Source: Parcubacteria bacterium GBS-2 (lineage in GTDB: Bacteria; Patescibacteriota; Minisyncoccia; Minisyncoccales; GBS-2). From it: a DNA stretch of 64,000 bases. The position numbers and the translations under genes are program-made. Shown in pieces: positions 32,337-41,840 of the stretch. How positions within the stretch are numbered: the stretch's first letter is position 1; each line of letters opens with the position of its first letter. The DNA lies in contig LEKP01000001.1 of NCBI GenBank assembly GCA_001443025.1, positions 161,889 to 225,888 of the forward strand. Direction: 5' to 3'. The notes beneath the pieces were generated by a model. It saw only the letters and a program-made list of their open reading frames with translations. It searched no databases and had not been told where the DNA came from.

Positions 32337-32411
32337 TGACTTCAGTAATTAGTTCTTCTTTCTTCAATGATGCCCCTGCCCCTTTTTTGCCCTAATGGGC
32401 CATTTTTTATT

Positions 32412-33332
32412 TTAAATTTTGATTTCAACAATATCTTCATCGTTCAATATATAATCTCTTCCTACAATTTTGAAATTTCTTGAATTTTTCTCATAAAGCT
32501 TCGCTCCCTTAAATCTTTTTACCCATTCCTCATTTATTTCTTTTACAAAATCAATTAACTTTGTCCCTCTTTTTAAAATAAAAGGATTTTCAAAATCAAC
32601 CTCTTTTTTTGGCTCTTTTGGATAAACTCTAATTATCTTTAGCGACTCAAAAATTTTTCTTTTTAACTCTTCAACCTTAATTTTTTCTTTTGTTGAAATT
32701 CCCAAAATCTCAAAATCTTTCTTTATTTTTTCAAAATTTTCTCTTCCTTTTTCTAAATCAATTTTGTTCCCCGCAATCAAAATTTTTTCTTTTTCAATTT
32801 TCCAATCATTCAAAATTTGTTTAATTTCTTTTAGTTGGTTTTCAGGATTGTTTTCTAAATCTACTAGAACTAAAATCGAATCTGCTTGTTTTGCAAGATT
32901 TTTTAGCCAACCGGGTTTAAAATCTCCCGTTAAAGGAGGAGTATCTACGATTTGAATCAAAATATTTTCATATTTTAGCATTCCAGGAGTTGGCAATTGA
33001 GTTGTGAAAGGATAATCTCCAACTTTAAAATTAGTATCACAAAGTGCATTCGTTAAAGAAGTTTTTCCAGAGTTTGGAGGACCCAAAATTAAAACCTGTC
33101 CTGCCCCTTCCTTTTTCACAAAATAAATTTCCTCTCTTTTTATCTTTTTTGGCTGTACTCTTTTTAACTTTGCTATTTTCTTTTTTATTTCTTCTTGGAC
33201 CCTTTCTGTTCCTTTGTGCTTTGGACAAATAGCAAGCATTTCTTGCAAAATTTCAATTTTCTCTTGAATGTCTTTAGTTTGATTTAATTTCCTTTGCAAT
33301 TCAAAAAATTGGGGAGGCAAATTTGCTGGCAT
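32412..33332 (-). CDS. DRG/Rbg-like (archaeo-eukaryotic type) OBG-family GTPase with C-terminal TGS domain
   Basis: KHKGTERVQEEIKKKIAKLKR, G1 GPPNSGKTS, FTTQLPTPG, DTPP, NKIDL, and a TGS-like segment IRVYPKEP...PFILKRGTKLIDF. Confidence 0.75.
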   Translation of the reverse strand: MPANLPPQFFELQRKLNQTKDIQEKIEILQEMLAICPKHKGTERVQEEIKKKIAKLKRVQPKKIKREEIYFVKKEGAGQVLILGPPNSGKTSLTNALCDTNFKVGDYPFTTQLPTPGMLKYENILIQIVDTPPLTGDFKPGWLKNLAKQADSILVLVDLENNPENQLKEIKQILNDWKIEKEKILIAGNKIDLEKGRENFEKIKKDFEILGISTKEKIKVEELKRKIFESLKIIRVYPKEPKKEVDFENPFILKRGTKLIDFVKEINEEWVKRFKGAKLYEKNSRNFKIVGRDYILNDEDIVEIKI

Positions 33333-33338
33333 TATTTC

Positions 33339-33361
33339 ATTATAGAAAAATCTGATATAAT
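33339..33361. promoter_or_regulatory. Back-to-back divergent -10 boxes in a 35-bp intergenic region
   Basis: Minus strand: TATAAT (33339-33344) lies 6 nt from the ATG at 33332. Plus strand: TGaTATAAT (33353-33361) lies 6 nt from the ATG at 33368. Confidence 0.5.
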
Positions 33362-33367
33362 CAAAAA

Positions 33368-33895
33368 ATGGAAATTAAACAGTTAATAGTTGGTCCTCTT
33401 TTAACTAATTGTTACATTTTAATTTCAGACGAAGAAGCAGTAGTTATTGATCCTGGAGCTGGATTGAAAAAAATTTTAAAGGAAATTGAGGGAAAGAAAT
33501 TAAACTACATAATTTTAACTCACTACCATTGGGATCATACTCTAGGAGCTCAAAAGTTAAAAGAGAAAACCGGAGCCAAAATTTTAATTCACAAAGGAGA
33601 AAAAGATTTTATAAAATTTCAACCAGATCAATTTTTGGATGGGGGAGAGGAAATAAGAGTTGGGAATGAATATTTGAAAATCATTCATACCCCAGGCCAC
33701 ACAAAAGGCTCAATTTGCATTTTAGGAGAAAATTTTATTTTTACAGGAGACACGATTTTTGAAGATGGAGTGGGAAGAACCGATTTGCCAGGAGGATCGG
33801 AAGAAGATTTAAAAAAATCTTTAGAAAAATTGGAAAAAATCATAAAAAAGGGAATGAAAATTTATCCAGGACATGGCGAGTCTTTTGAAAAATGA
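33368..33895 (+). CDS. MBL-fold metallo-hydrolase
   Basis: LTHYHWDHTLGA (HxHxDH), HTPGHTKGS and GDTIFEDGVGRTD. Confidence 0.85.
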   Translation: MEIKQLIVGPLLTNCYILISDEEAVVIDPGAGLKKILKEIEGKKLNYIILTHYHWDHTLGAQKLKEKTGAKILIHKGEKDFIKFQPDQFLDGGEEIRVGNEYLKIIHTPGHTKGSICILGENFIFTGDTIFEDGVGRTDLPGGSEEDLKKSLEKLEKIIKKGMKIYPGHGESFEK

Positions 33896-34428
33896 TCAAA
33901 GTTTTTAATGGGAAAAGATTGAAAATAAGAGAAATGAATCGATCGGATTTAAAAAGAGCGAAAGATTTTTTAGATTACATTAACTCTTTAGTTGAAGAGG
34001 GGGCGATGATTTCGGTTAAAAAGAAAAAAACTCTGGGGGAAGAAAAAGAACGGCTAAAAAACCAAATAAAAGAAATTAAAAATAAAAGAAAAATAATAAT
34101 TTTAGCTGAAGATAAAAATAAAATTGCTGGAATTTGTGAGTGTTGGTTGAAAAAAGAAAGGGAATCTCACGTTGGAGAGGTTGCAATTTCAGTGAGAAAA
34201 GAATATCGGGGAATAGGCCTTGGAAAATTTTTATTGAGCGAAATCTTAAAATTGGCAAAAAAGAAATTAAAGCCAAAAATATTTCGTCTTTCAGTTTTTG
34301 AAACAAACAAAATTGCTCAAAATCTTTACAAAAAATTTGGGTTCAAAAAAGTCGCTAAAATTCCAAAACAGATTGAATACAAAGGAAAATTGATTGCTGA
34401 AATTGTAATGATAAAGGAAGCAAAATGA
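33892..34428 (+). CDS. GNAT-family N-acetyltransferase
   Basis: VRKEYRGIGLGKFLL acetyl-CoA loop plus the YKKFGFKKV tail. Confidence 0.75.
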   Translation: MIKVFNGKRLKIREMNRSDLKRAKDFLDYINSLVEEGAMISVKKKKTLGEEKERLKNQIKEIKNKRKIIILAEDKNKIAGICECWLKKERESHVGEVAISVRKEYRGIGLGKFLLSEILKLAKKKLKPKIFRLSVFETNKIAQNLYKKFGFKKVAKIPKQIEYKGKLIAEIVMIKEAK

Positions 34429-34850
34429 AAAAAGAAAAAATTTTAGTTTCTGCTTGCCTTTTGGGAATAAATTGTAAATACGATGGGACCTCAAACAAAA
34501 ATGAAAAAATTTTGAAATTGGCAAAAAATTATATTTTAATTCCAGTTTGTCCTGAAATTTTAGGTGGGTTATCTATTCCGAGAGAACCCGCAGAGCAAAA
34601 AGGAAAAAGAGTAATTACAAAATCTGGAAAAGATGTAACAAAATATTTTGAAAAAGGAGCAAAAGAAGTTTTGAAAATTTGCAAAATTTTAAAAATCAAA
34701 AAAGCAATTTTGAAACAAAAGAGTCCATCTTGTGGCTGTGGAAAAATCTATGATGGAACGTTTTCAGGTAGGTTAATAAAGGGTGATGGAGTAACAGCTA
34801 AACTACTAAAGAGAAATAAAATAAAAATTTTCACCGAAGAAGACATCTAA
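34425..34850 (+). CDS. DUF523 family protein
   Basis: ILVSACLLGINCKYDG...KQKSPSCGCG. Confidence 0.75.
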   Translation: MKKEKILVSACLLGINCKYDGTSNKNEKILKLAKNYILIPVCPEILGGLSIPREPAEQKGKRVITKSGKDVTKYFEKGAKEVLKICKILKIKKAILKQKSPSCGCGKIYDGTFSGRLIKGDGVTAKLLKRNKIKIFTEEDI

Positions 34851-34942
34851 TCTAATATTTGCACATTTGTACAATTAATCAAATGTGAAAATATCAAAAA
34901 ATAGAATGAAGAGCAATAAAACAGCGAGCAACAATTAAAAAT

Positions 34943-36085
34943 ATGGATAAGGAATCAAAAAAGAAAATTAAGATTTTTGGAATTGCTTCTTTTTTGAATG
35001 ATATGGGTTCTGATATGATCTATCCTGTTTGGCCCATTTTTGTGAGATCTTTGGGAGCGAATATGTCGGTTTTGGGATTTTTGGATGGGCTTGGCGATGC
35101 TCTAGTTTCAGTTTCTCAAGCGATTTCAGGGTACATTTCAGACAGAATTCAAAAAAGAAAAATTTTTGTTTGGCTTGGATATTTAATGGGAGGACTTTCA
35201 AGAATTGGCTATGCTCTTTCTAAAAATTGGATTCATTTGATTCCTTTTAGAATTTTAGATAGAGCAGGGAAAATTAGGTCTGCGCCAAGAGATGCTATCA
35301 TTGCGGATTTATCTACTGATCAAGATAGGGGAGAGAATTTTGGGTTTTTAAGAATGATGGATAATTTGGGAGCTGTAGCTGGAATTTTGTTTTGTATTTT
35401 ATTAGTTAACTTTTTGGGCTTTCAAAAACTTTTTCTTTTGGCTTCGATTCCTTCTTTAATCGGAGTTTTTTTGATTTTAATTTTTATTAAAGAACAAAAG
35501 AGAGATTCAACCAAAATTTTCAAAGGAATTTCTTTAAAATCTTTTACTCCTCAATTTCGCTACTTTTTGATTTTGAGTTCAATTTTTTCTCTCGGTGCTT
35601 TTTCTTATTCATTTTTACTAGTTTTTGCCAAAGAATTTGGCTTTGAAACAGGATTTATTCCAATTCTCTATTTGATTTTCACCGCGGTCGCTTCCTTATT
35701 TTCAATTCCGTTTGGCAAGCTCTCTGATAAAATTGGCAGAAAGAAAGTTTTAGAAATTTCGTTTTTCTTTTGGATTTTGGTTTGTTTATTTTTTTTACTT
35801 TTAAGAAATTACCTTGGAATAATTTTAGCTTTTATCTTTTATGGACTTCACAAAGGAGCCCTAGAACCATCGCAAAGAGCTTTCGTTTCTGAATTGGTTC
35901 CCTTAGAAGTTAGAGCTTCAGCTTTAGGGGGCTATCAGATGGTTACTGGACTTTTTTCGTTTCCTGCTTCATTCTTGGCTGGAATTTTATGGGACAACAT
36001 CGGAGCTTTCGCCCCCTTTATTTTTTCTTTATCTTTGACAACTTTAGCTCTTTTTTTACTTTTTAAGCTGGATGTTATAAAATAG
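34943..36085 (+). CDS. MFS transporter
   Basis: About 12 hydrophobic helices with MFS-like loop motifs GYISDRIQKRK and GKLSDKIGRKK. Confidence 0.8.
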   Translation: MDKESKKKIKIFGIASFLNDMGSDMIYPVWPIFVRSLGANMSVLGFLDGLGDALVSVSQAISGYISDRIQKRKIFVWLGYLMGGLSRIGYALSKNWIHLIPFRILDRAGKIRSAPRDAIIADLSTDQDRGENFGFLRMMDNLGAVAGILFCILLVNFLGFQKLFLLASIPSLIGVFLILIFIKEQKRDSTKIFKGISLKSFTPQFRYFLILSSIFSLGAFSYSFLLVFAKEFGFETGFIPILYLIFTAVASLFSIPFGKLSDKIGRKKVLEISFFFWILVCLFFLLLRNYLGIILAFIFYGLHKGALEPSQRAFVSELVPLEVRASALGGYQMVTGLFSFPASFLAGILWDNIGAFAPFIFSLSLTTLALFLLFKLDVIK

Positions 36086-36094
36086 AAAAAAATC

Positions 36095-36289
36095 ATGGGA
36101 AAAACAATTTTTCTGGTATTACTTTTTCTAGTTTTTATTTTTTCTTTTGGACTTTCTTTTACTATTTTGTATCATTTTCAAAGATTCAAACCAGTACTAT
36201 TTTTTCAAGGTAAAAAAATTATCTCTGCTTTGTTCTTTGGTTATTTTTTCTTTCTTCTAATTTCTATTATTTCCTTTTTGTTAATTTAA
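36095..36289 (+). CDS. Small hypothetical membrane protein
   Basis: 64 aa with two hydrophobic helices, tightly packed in the operon. Confidence 0.35.
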   Translation: MGKTIFLVLLFLVFIFSFGLSFTILYHFQRFKPVLFFQGKKIISALFFGYFFFLLISIISFLLI

Positions 36290-36293
36290 GCCA

Positions 36294-36842
36294 ATGATAA
36301 TTTTACAGCAAAATGAAAAAATTTATCTTGTGAAAAGAAAACACGAAATAATTTTAAAACTTCTAATCTTTCCATTTCTCTTACTTTTTATTGTTTTTTT
36401 ATTTTTGATGCTTTATTTCTTTTTTTCAGAAATTTCTTGGCCGAAACTTTTTATAGAAAAATTCCCAGAAATTTCGAAATTTAAACTAAATTTTATTATC
36501 TCTTTTATTTTTTCCTTGAGTTTACCTGTTTTGTGGACATTGATATTTTTTATTATTACTAAATATTATCTTACCTATTGGGTAGTCACGAACCAAAGGA
36601 TAATCGAAGTAAAATTAGTAGGATTTTTTAACGTTCAATACTCGAGTATTGAATTAGATAAGATCCAAGACATCACTATAAGAATAAAAGGGCTCTTGCC
36701 TTTCCTCCTTCGGTTTGGTGATTTAAGGATTCAAACTGCTTCTGAAAAGGGAGAATTTGTTTTTGATCAAGTTGGGGATCCAGAGATAGTGAAACAAGTT
36801 ATTTACGAAGCAAAAATCGATTATCAAAAAATAAAAACATGA
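36294..36842 (+). CDS. Membrane protein with bacterial PH (bPH_2/DUF304, YdbT-like) domain
   Basis: Two TM hairpins followed by WVVTNQRIIEVK...IELDKIQDITI...GDLRIQTAS. Confidence 0.6.
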   Translation: MIILQQNEKIYLVKRKHEIILKLLIFPFLLLFIVFLFLMLYFFFSEISWPKLFIEKFPEISKFKLNFIISFIFSLSLPVLWTLIFFIITKYYLTYWVVTNQRIIEVKLVGFFNVQYSSIELDKIQDITIRIKGLLPFLLRFGDLRIQTASEKGEFVFDQVGDPEIVKQVIYEAKIDYQKIKT

Positions 36843-37120
36843 TTACAGTCATAAAAAAAGGAGGCGAGGTTGAAGCATTTAATTTAAACAAAATCAAAAA
36901 ATCTTTGGTTTCCGTAATTGAAAGAACTGATCTTTCTCAAGAAAAAAAGAACGAAATAGTTGAAAAAATAACAAAGAAAATTTTAAAATTCGCAAAAAGA
37001 CGAAAAGAGATTTTCACTTCTGAGATAGAAGCACTCATTCTTATGGAACTGGAGAAAGAATGCTCTCAAGCTATGAAAATTTGGAGAGAATATAGACTAG
37101 CAAAAGTTGAAAATCCTTAA
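36839..37120 (+). CDS. Stand-alone ATP-cone domain protein
   Basis: MITVIKKGGEVEAFNLNKIKKSL...FTSEIEALILMELEK fits the ATP-cone pattern. 93 aa. Confidence 0.55.
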   Translation: MITVIKKGGEVEAFNLNKIKKSLVSVIERTDLSQEKKNEIVEKITKKILKFAKRRKEIFTSEIEALILMELEKECSQAMKIWREYRLAKVENP

Positions 37121-37125
37121 AAAAT

Positions 37126-38061
37126 ATGGAAATTTTATCTGCACTCATAATTATTTTTGGTTTAACAATATTTGAAGTGGTAATAAGCATTGATAATGCG
37201 ATAATTAATGCTGATGTTTTAGCAACGATGGAGCAGAGATATCGAAGGTGGTTTTTAATTTACGGAATTATCATTGCAGTATTTTTGATTAGAGGATTGT
37301 TGCCTTGGTTGATAGTTTGGATCGCGAATCCTTCTTTGGGACCAGTAAATTCTTTTCTTTTTGCTTTTTCTGATAATCCCGAGATAAAAGAATCGCTTGA
37401 AAAATCAGCTCCTCTTATTTTAATGACCGGCGGTATTTTTTTAATTTTTTTGTTCTTACATTGGCTTTTCTTAGAGCCAAAACATTTTGGTTTGATAGGT
37501 GAAAAGTTTTTTAGTAAACAGGGAGCTTGGTTTTTTGCAATTGCTTCTTTAATTTTGACTTTAGTCATTTGGTTTTCATTAAAAAGAGATCCTCTTTTGG
37601 CTTTTACTGCTGCGCTAGGATCTTCGCTTTTCTTTTTAGTTCACGGATTTAGAGAATATGCAGCAAGAATGGAAATGGAGGCAAGAGAAAGCAATCAAAA
37701 TCTTTCAGCAATCAGCAAACTTTTATACCTTGAAGTTTTAGATGCCTCCTTTTCAATCGATGGAGTAATTGGAGCTTTTGCATTTACGTTTGCTGTGCCT
37801 TTAATTCTTTTGGGAAACGGAATAGGATCTTTCATTGTTAGAGAGCTTACAATCAAGGGAGTGGAAAAAATCAAAAAATATATTTTTTTAAAAAATGGAG
37901 CTATGTATTCAATATTTTTCTTGGGCTTATCAATGACTCTTCGTAGTTTTGGAATCGAAATTCCAGAGATTCTTTCGCCATTGGTAACCTTTGTGATTAT
38001 TGGATTTTTCTTCTGGAAATCAAAAGCCTTTTTGAATACGAAATTAAACAATGAAAGATAA
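37126..38061 (+). CDS. TerC/DUF475-family integral membrane protein
   Basis: FEVVISIDNAIINADVL and a second EVLDASFSIDGVIGAF repeat. Multi-pass membrane protein. Confidence 0.6.
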   Translation: MEILSALIIIFGLTIFEVVISIDNAIINADVLATMEQRYRRWFLIYGIIIAVFLIRGLLPWLIVWIANPSLGPVNSFLFAFSDNPEIKESLEKSAPLILMTGGIFLIFLFLHWLFLEPKHFGLIGEKFFSKQGAWFFAIASLILTLVIWFSLKRDPLLAFTAALGSSLFFLVHGFREYAARMEMEARESNQNLSAISKLLYLEVLDASFSIDGVIGAFAFTFAVPLILLGNGIGSFIVRELTIKGVEKIKKYIFLKNGAMYSIFFLGLSMTLRSFGIEIPEILSPLVTFVIIGFFFWKSKAFLNTKLNNER

Positions 38062-38737
38062 GAAAAAATTTTTGATTAGAGAGCTCCCAAAAGTTGAAAG
38101 ACCAAGAGAAAAATTGATAGAGAAAGGGGTTGAAAATTTGAAGGATGAGGAGCTTTTAGCAATTTTGTTGAGAACTGGGACGAAAGAAAAATCAGCTCTT
38201 GATTTAGCAAAGCAAATTTTAAAAAAGTTTTCAAAAAAGAAATTCCAAAAACTAAAATTTCAAGATCTAATTAAAATTAAAGGAATTGATAAAGCAAAAG
38301 CCTGCACGATTTTGTCAGCAATTGAATTCACAAAAAGAATCTTAAAATTAGGAGAGGAAACATTACCAAAAATTGAATCTGTAAAAGATGTAGTCGCTCA
38401 ATTTTCATATTTAAGAGAAAAACAGAGAGAGCATTTGGGAGCTTTGTATTTGAACGCAAGAAACGAAGTCGTTTTCAAAAAACATTTGTTTGTCGGAACA
38501 TTAGATTCCAACATTTGCCATCCAAGAGAAATTTTCAAATACGCTCTAGATCAAAACGCCGCCTCAGTAATTTTGGTTCACAATCATCCTTCTGGCGATC
38601 CAACTCCATCAAAAGCAGATTTGGAAATTACAAAGAGAATTAAAGAAGCTGGAAAGATAATGGGAATTGAAATTTTAGATCATGTTATTATTTCGAAAAA
38701 CAAAGTTTTCAGTTTCAAAGAAAAAGGATTAATCTAA
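38051..38737 (+). CDS. radC: RadC-like JAB-domain protein
   Basis: ELLAILLRTG plus HhH, then the JAMM motif ILVHNHPSGDPTPSKADLEITKR. Confidence 0.85.
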   Translation: MKDKKKFLIRELPKVERPREKLIEKGVENLKDEELLAILLRTGTKEKSALDLAKQILKKFSKKKFQKLKFQDLIKIKGIDKAKACTILSAIEFTKRILKLGEETLPKIESVKDVVAQFSYLREKQREHLGALYLNARNEVVFKKHLFVGTLDSNICHPREIFKYALDQNAASVILVHNHPSGDPTPSKADLEITKRIKEAGKIMGIEILDHVIISKNKVFSFKEKGLI

Positions 38738-38764
38738 AAATTTTTTAAAATTTTAAAAAAGGAC

Positions 38765-38794
38765 TTGACAATCTTTTTTGTTTTCCTGTATTTT
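38765..38794 (+). promoter_or_regulatory. Promoter of greA (leaderless geometry)
   Basis: TTGACA (38765-38770), 18 nt, TATTTT (38789-38794), then 7 nt to ATG 38802. Confidence 0.45.
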
Positions 38795-38801
38795 AAAAAT
38801 T

Positions 38802-39257
38802 ATGCCAAAGAAATTAACCCCTGAGGCCTACGAAAAATTAAAAAAGGAATTGGAATATTTGAAAACAGAAGGAAGAAGAGAAATTGCAGAAAGATTAAAA
38901 CATAGTGCTTCTTTTGGCGATTTAACAGAAAACTTTGCTTACCAACAAGCAAGAGAAGATCAAGAATTTCTTGAGAGGAGAATCGCCGAATTAGAGTCGA
39001 TTTTAAGCGACGCAGTAATAATCACTAAAAGGAAAAATAAAAAAACAGTTGATGTAGGTTCTATAGTGACTCTTTTCTTTGACGGGAAAGAACAAAAATT
39101 TCAAATTGTCGAGCCAGAAGAAGCAAACCCAACAGAAGGAAAGATTTCTTTCAAATCTCCTTTAGGTCAGGCGATTTTGGGCAAAAAACCCGGAGATGAA
39201 TTTTTGGTAGAGACTCCAGACGGAAAAGTAAAGTGCAAAATTCTAAGGATTGAATAG
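38802..39257 (+). CDS. greA: Transcription elongation factor GreA
   Basis: MPKKLTPEAYEKLKKELEYLKTEGRREIAERLKHSASFGDLTENFAYQQAREDQ...SPLGQAILGKKPGD. Confidence 0.9.
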   Translation: MPKKLTPEAYEKLKKELEYLKTEGRREIAERLKHSASFGDLTENFAYQQAREDQEFLERRIAELESILSDAVIITKRKNKKTVDVGSIVTLFFDGKEQKFQIVEPEEANPTEGKISFKSPLGQAILGKKPGDEFLVETPDGKVKCKILRIE

Positions 39258-39354
39258 TAAATTCAAATGAACGAAAACTATAACAGAAACAGAAGAAAGA
39301 ACGAGCTCTTTGTACGTTTCAGAGTTTAAAGTGCTTGTCATAAAAATATAAAGC

Positions 39355-40710
39355 ATGAGACCAAATCAAATTTTAGAAACTGAGGCGGTTGTTGAAGAAA
39401 GAATTTTTAGTGTCTCAGAATTTTTGGATTTTTTGAACGAAATTTTAGTTCCGAAAAAGGTAGTCATTCAAGGAGAAGTAGGGGAAAAGATAAACAATTA
39501 TCCAAAGTATAGTTTTTTTAATCTCTTGGATAAGGACGGCTCTCTTTTAAAATGTTTTGTTTGGAGAGAAGTTATAGATAATTTGGGGGTTAATATTGAA
39601 CCTGGGATGGAAATTAGAGTGGTGGGTTTTCCTGAGGTTTTTAAAAAGAGGGGGGAATTGAATTTTCAAGTTGAGAAAATCGAACTAATTGGGGAAGGAA
39701 TTTTAAAAAAACAATTTGAAATTTTAAAGAAAAAACTTGAAGCTTTAGGATATTTTAATCCTGAAATTAAAAAGCCCATTCCAAAATTTTGTGAAAATAT
39801 TGGAGTTATTACTTCAAAGATTGGAAGAGGAGCTTTGAAGGATTTTCTAACTCATTTGGGAAATTTTGGCTTTAAAATCTTCTTTTACGAAACTAAAGTT
39901 GAGGGAGTTTTTGCGCTAGAAGAAATCGTAACCGCAATTAATTGGTTTAACCAAAATATGCCGAATTTGGATGTTTTAGTTTTAATTCGAGGAGGTGGTG
40001 ATTGGGAGAGTTTAAAGCCTTTTAATTCTGAAGAAATAGTAAAAGTAATTTTCTCGTCAAAAATTCCAATAATTACTGGAATTGGACATGAAGATGATAC
40101 AACCCTAGCTGATTTAGCAGCTGATTTGAGGGCATCTACACCGACCGCTGCAGCAAAAATTTTGAATGAAAGTTGGAATTTGGCAAAAATTAATCTTCCC
40201 AAACTTGAATTAAATTTGAACACTCTTTTAAAAAAAGTTTTTGACGCTGTCGAAAGGAAACTTACTCTTATCAAGAATGATTTGACTTTAAAAGTGCAAA
40301 AAGAAATCTTCTCAAGGAAAAAAGAAATTGCTAACCTTGGGGGAAACTTAAACTTAAGATTTAAGCATTATTTTAGAAAGTTCGAGTTTTTAGAAAAAAA
40401 TTTTAGTAAAAATTATTTTGAAATTAAAAAAATAATCAAAAACCAAAAAGAAAAACTAAAAATAATTCTTGAATCTCTAAATGAGAATAAAAATCGGTGG
40501 CAAAAAAGGTTGAAAGAGTATTTAAAACAAGAAGAGAAAAAACTTTTGCTTGCTAGTCCTTATTTAAAGTTGAAACAAGGTTACACAATTACTGAAGATC
40601 AGTTTGGAAAAATTATCAAAGATCCTTCAAAATTAAAAGTTTCTCAAGAAATCATAACGAAATTTTTCAAAGGTCAAGTTGTTTCAAAAATTAAGAAAAT
40701 AAGGAGATAG
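39355..40710 (+). CDS. xseA: Exodeoxyribonuclease VII large subunit
   Basis: N-terminal OB fold, then GVITSKIGRGALKDF...LIRGGGDWESL.PFN...GIGHEDDTTLADLAADLRASTPTAAA. Confidence 0.9.
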   Translation: MRPNQILETEAVVEERIFSVSEFLDFLNEILVPKKVVIQGEVGEKINNYPKYSFFNLLDKDGSLLKCFVWREVIDNLGVNIEPGMEIRVVGFPEVFKKRGELNFQVEKIELIGEGILKKQFEILKKKLEALGYFNPEIKKPIPKFCENIGVITSKIGRGALKDFLTHLGNFGFKIFFYETKVEGVFALEEIVTAINWFNQNMPNLDVLVLIRGGGDWESLKPFNSEEIVKVIFSSKIPIITGIGHEDDTTLADLAADLRASTPTAAAKILNESWNLAKINLPKLELNLNTLLKKVFDAVERKLTLIKNDLTLKVQKEIFSRKKEIANLGGNLNLRFKHYFRKFEFLEKNFSKNYFEIKKIIKNQKEKLKIILESLNENKNRWQKRLKEYLKQEEKKLLLASPYLKLKQGYTITEDQFGKIIKDPSKLKVSQEIITKFFKGQVVSKIKKIRR

Positions 40711-40711
40711 C

Positions 40712-40918
40712 ATGTCAGAAGAAAAATTTAATTTCACCAAGGCGTACAAAGAAATAGAGGAAATTAATGAATGGTTCCAGAGAGAAGATATCGATCTAGA
40801 CGAAGCTTTAAAAAAATATGAAAGAGGGATGGAATTAATAAAAAAGTGCAAAGAAAGATTAAAACAGGCAGAGAATAAGTTTGAAGAGATAAAGAAAAAA
40901 TATTTAAAAGATGAGTGA
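40712..40918 (+). CDS. xseB: Exodeoxyribonuclease VII small subunit
   Basis: 68 aa. FTKAYKEIEEINEWFQREDIDLDEALKKYERGMELIKKCKERL. Adjacent to xseA. Confidence 0.85.
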   Translation: MSEEKFNFTKAYKEIEEINEWFQREDIDLDEALKKYERGMELIKKCKERLKQAENKFEEIKKKYLKDE

Positions 40919-41063
40919 TTTTTTCCAATTTACAAATTTCCATTAAATTTATTCAAGTCAAAGTCTTATAGAGAAAATACTTTACCTTTTCCTCAGGGGA
41001 ATACTGACGCTTATAGTTTCTGCCAAACGAGGAAGAAATTTTCACCCTCTTTTTTATTAAAGT

Positions 41064-41092
41064 TTGAATTTTATATAAGTTTAAGTTAAAAT
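41064..41092 (+). promoter_or_regulatory. Promoter of the second PD-(D/E)XK nuclease gene
   Basis: TTGAAT, 17 nt, TAAAAT (41087-41092). The leader here is 34 nt. Confidence 0.45.
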
Positions 41093-41126
41093 CATTCAAA
41101 GAGGAAAATTTAAAACTTCAACAATT

Positions 41127-41840
41127 ATGGCAGAAAATGAAAGATTAAAATACATCGGAGTAAAGGAACTAGGAAATTTAGCAAAAGGAGATTTTTGTCC
41201 AAGATGTTTTTGGTACGAGAAACATTTCGGTCCTTTCCCAAGCTTTTTTCCTGGTGTGTTTAATGTGATAGATAGAAACTTAAAAAACAGTGTTTGGACT
41301 CGATGGAAAAAAGAAGGAAAACTTCCAGAATGGTTGAAGGTGGATAATGTAACAAAAATTTTGACAGCAGATAGCATTGGGGTTGTAGAGAAAAGGCACG
41401 GACAAAAATATTTAGTTGCTAAACACAAAAAAAGCGGTTTGATTTTGAGGGGAGCACCGGATTTAATTCTAAAACTAAAAGATGATACAGTTCATATTAT
41501 CGATTTTAAAACCTCCCAATTTAAAGAAGAAGATCAGTTCTTCCCAATGTATGAAGTCCAACTGAATGGTTACGCGCTATTGGCGACAAAAATGAAAGTA
41601 TCAAAACTTTCTTTGGTTTACTTTAATCCAACAAACGAAATTCCGAATGAAATTTTTACAAAAGAAAATTTTATGTTAAGTTTTGGACCCAGAATAGTTT
41701 CTGTTGAGATAAAAACAGGTTTGATAACAGAATTACTAATGAGAGCAAAAGAAATTTTAGAGTTAAAAACACCGCCCTCTCCAAGAGAGAATTGCAAAGG
41801 AACTTGTTATTACATAGAAAAAATCCTTGAAAGTTTTTAA
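41127..41840 (+). CDS. PD-(D/E)XK nuclease, Cas4-like with CxxC...CxxxC
   Basis: GDFCPRCFWYEK, LRGAPDLIL (D), IIDFKTSQ ((D/E)xK), YEVQLNGYALL (QxxxY) and C-terminal NCKGTCYY. Confidence 0.55.
   Translation: MAENERLKYIGVKELGNLAKGDFCPRCFWYEKHFGPFPSFFPGVFNVIDRNLKNSVWTRWKKEGKLPEWLKVDNVTKILTADSIGVVEKRHGQKYLVAKHKKSGLILRGAPDLILKLKDDTVHIIDFKTSQFKEEDQFFPMYEVQLNGYALLATKMKVSKLSLVYFNPTNEIPNEIFTKENFMLSFGPRIVSVEIKTGLITELLMRAKEILELKTPPSPRENCKGTCYYIEKILESF

Noticed and set aside
32337-32411. Terminator-like hairpin GCCC-TAAT-GGGC followed by a T run on the plus strand.
   Set aside because: Both flanking genes are on the minus strand, where the hairpin is followed by an A run, so it is not a functional intrinsic terminator in the transcribed direction.
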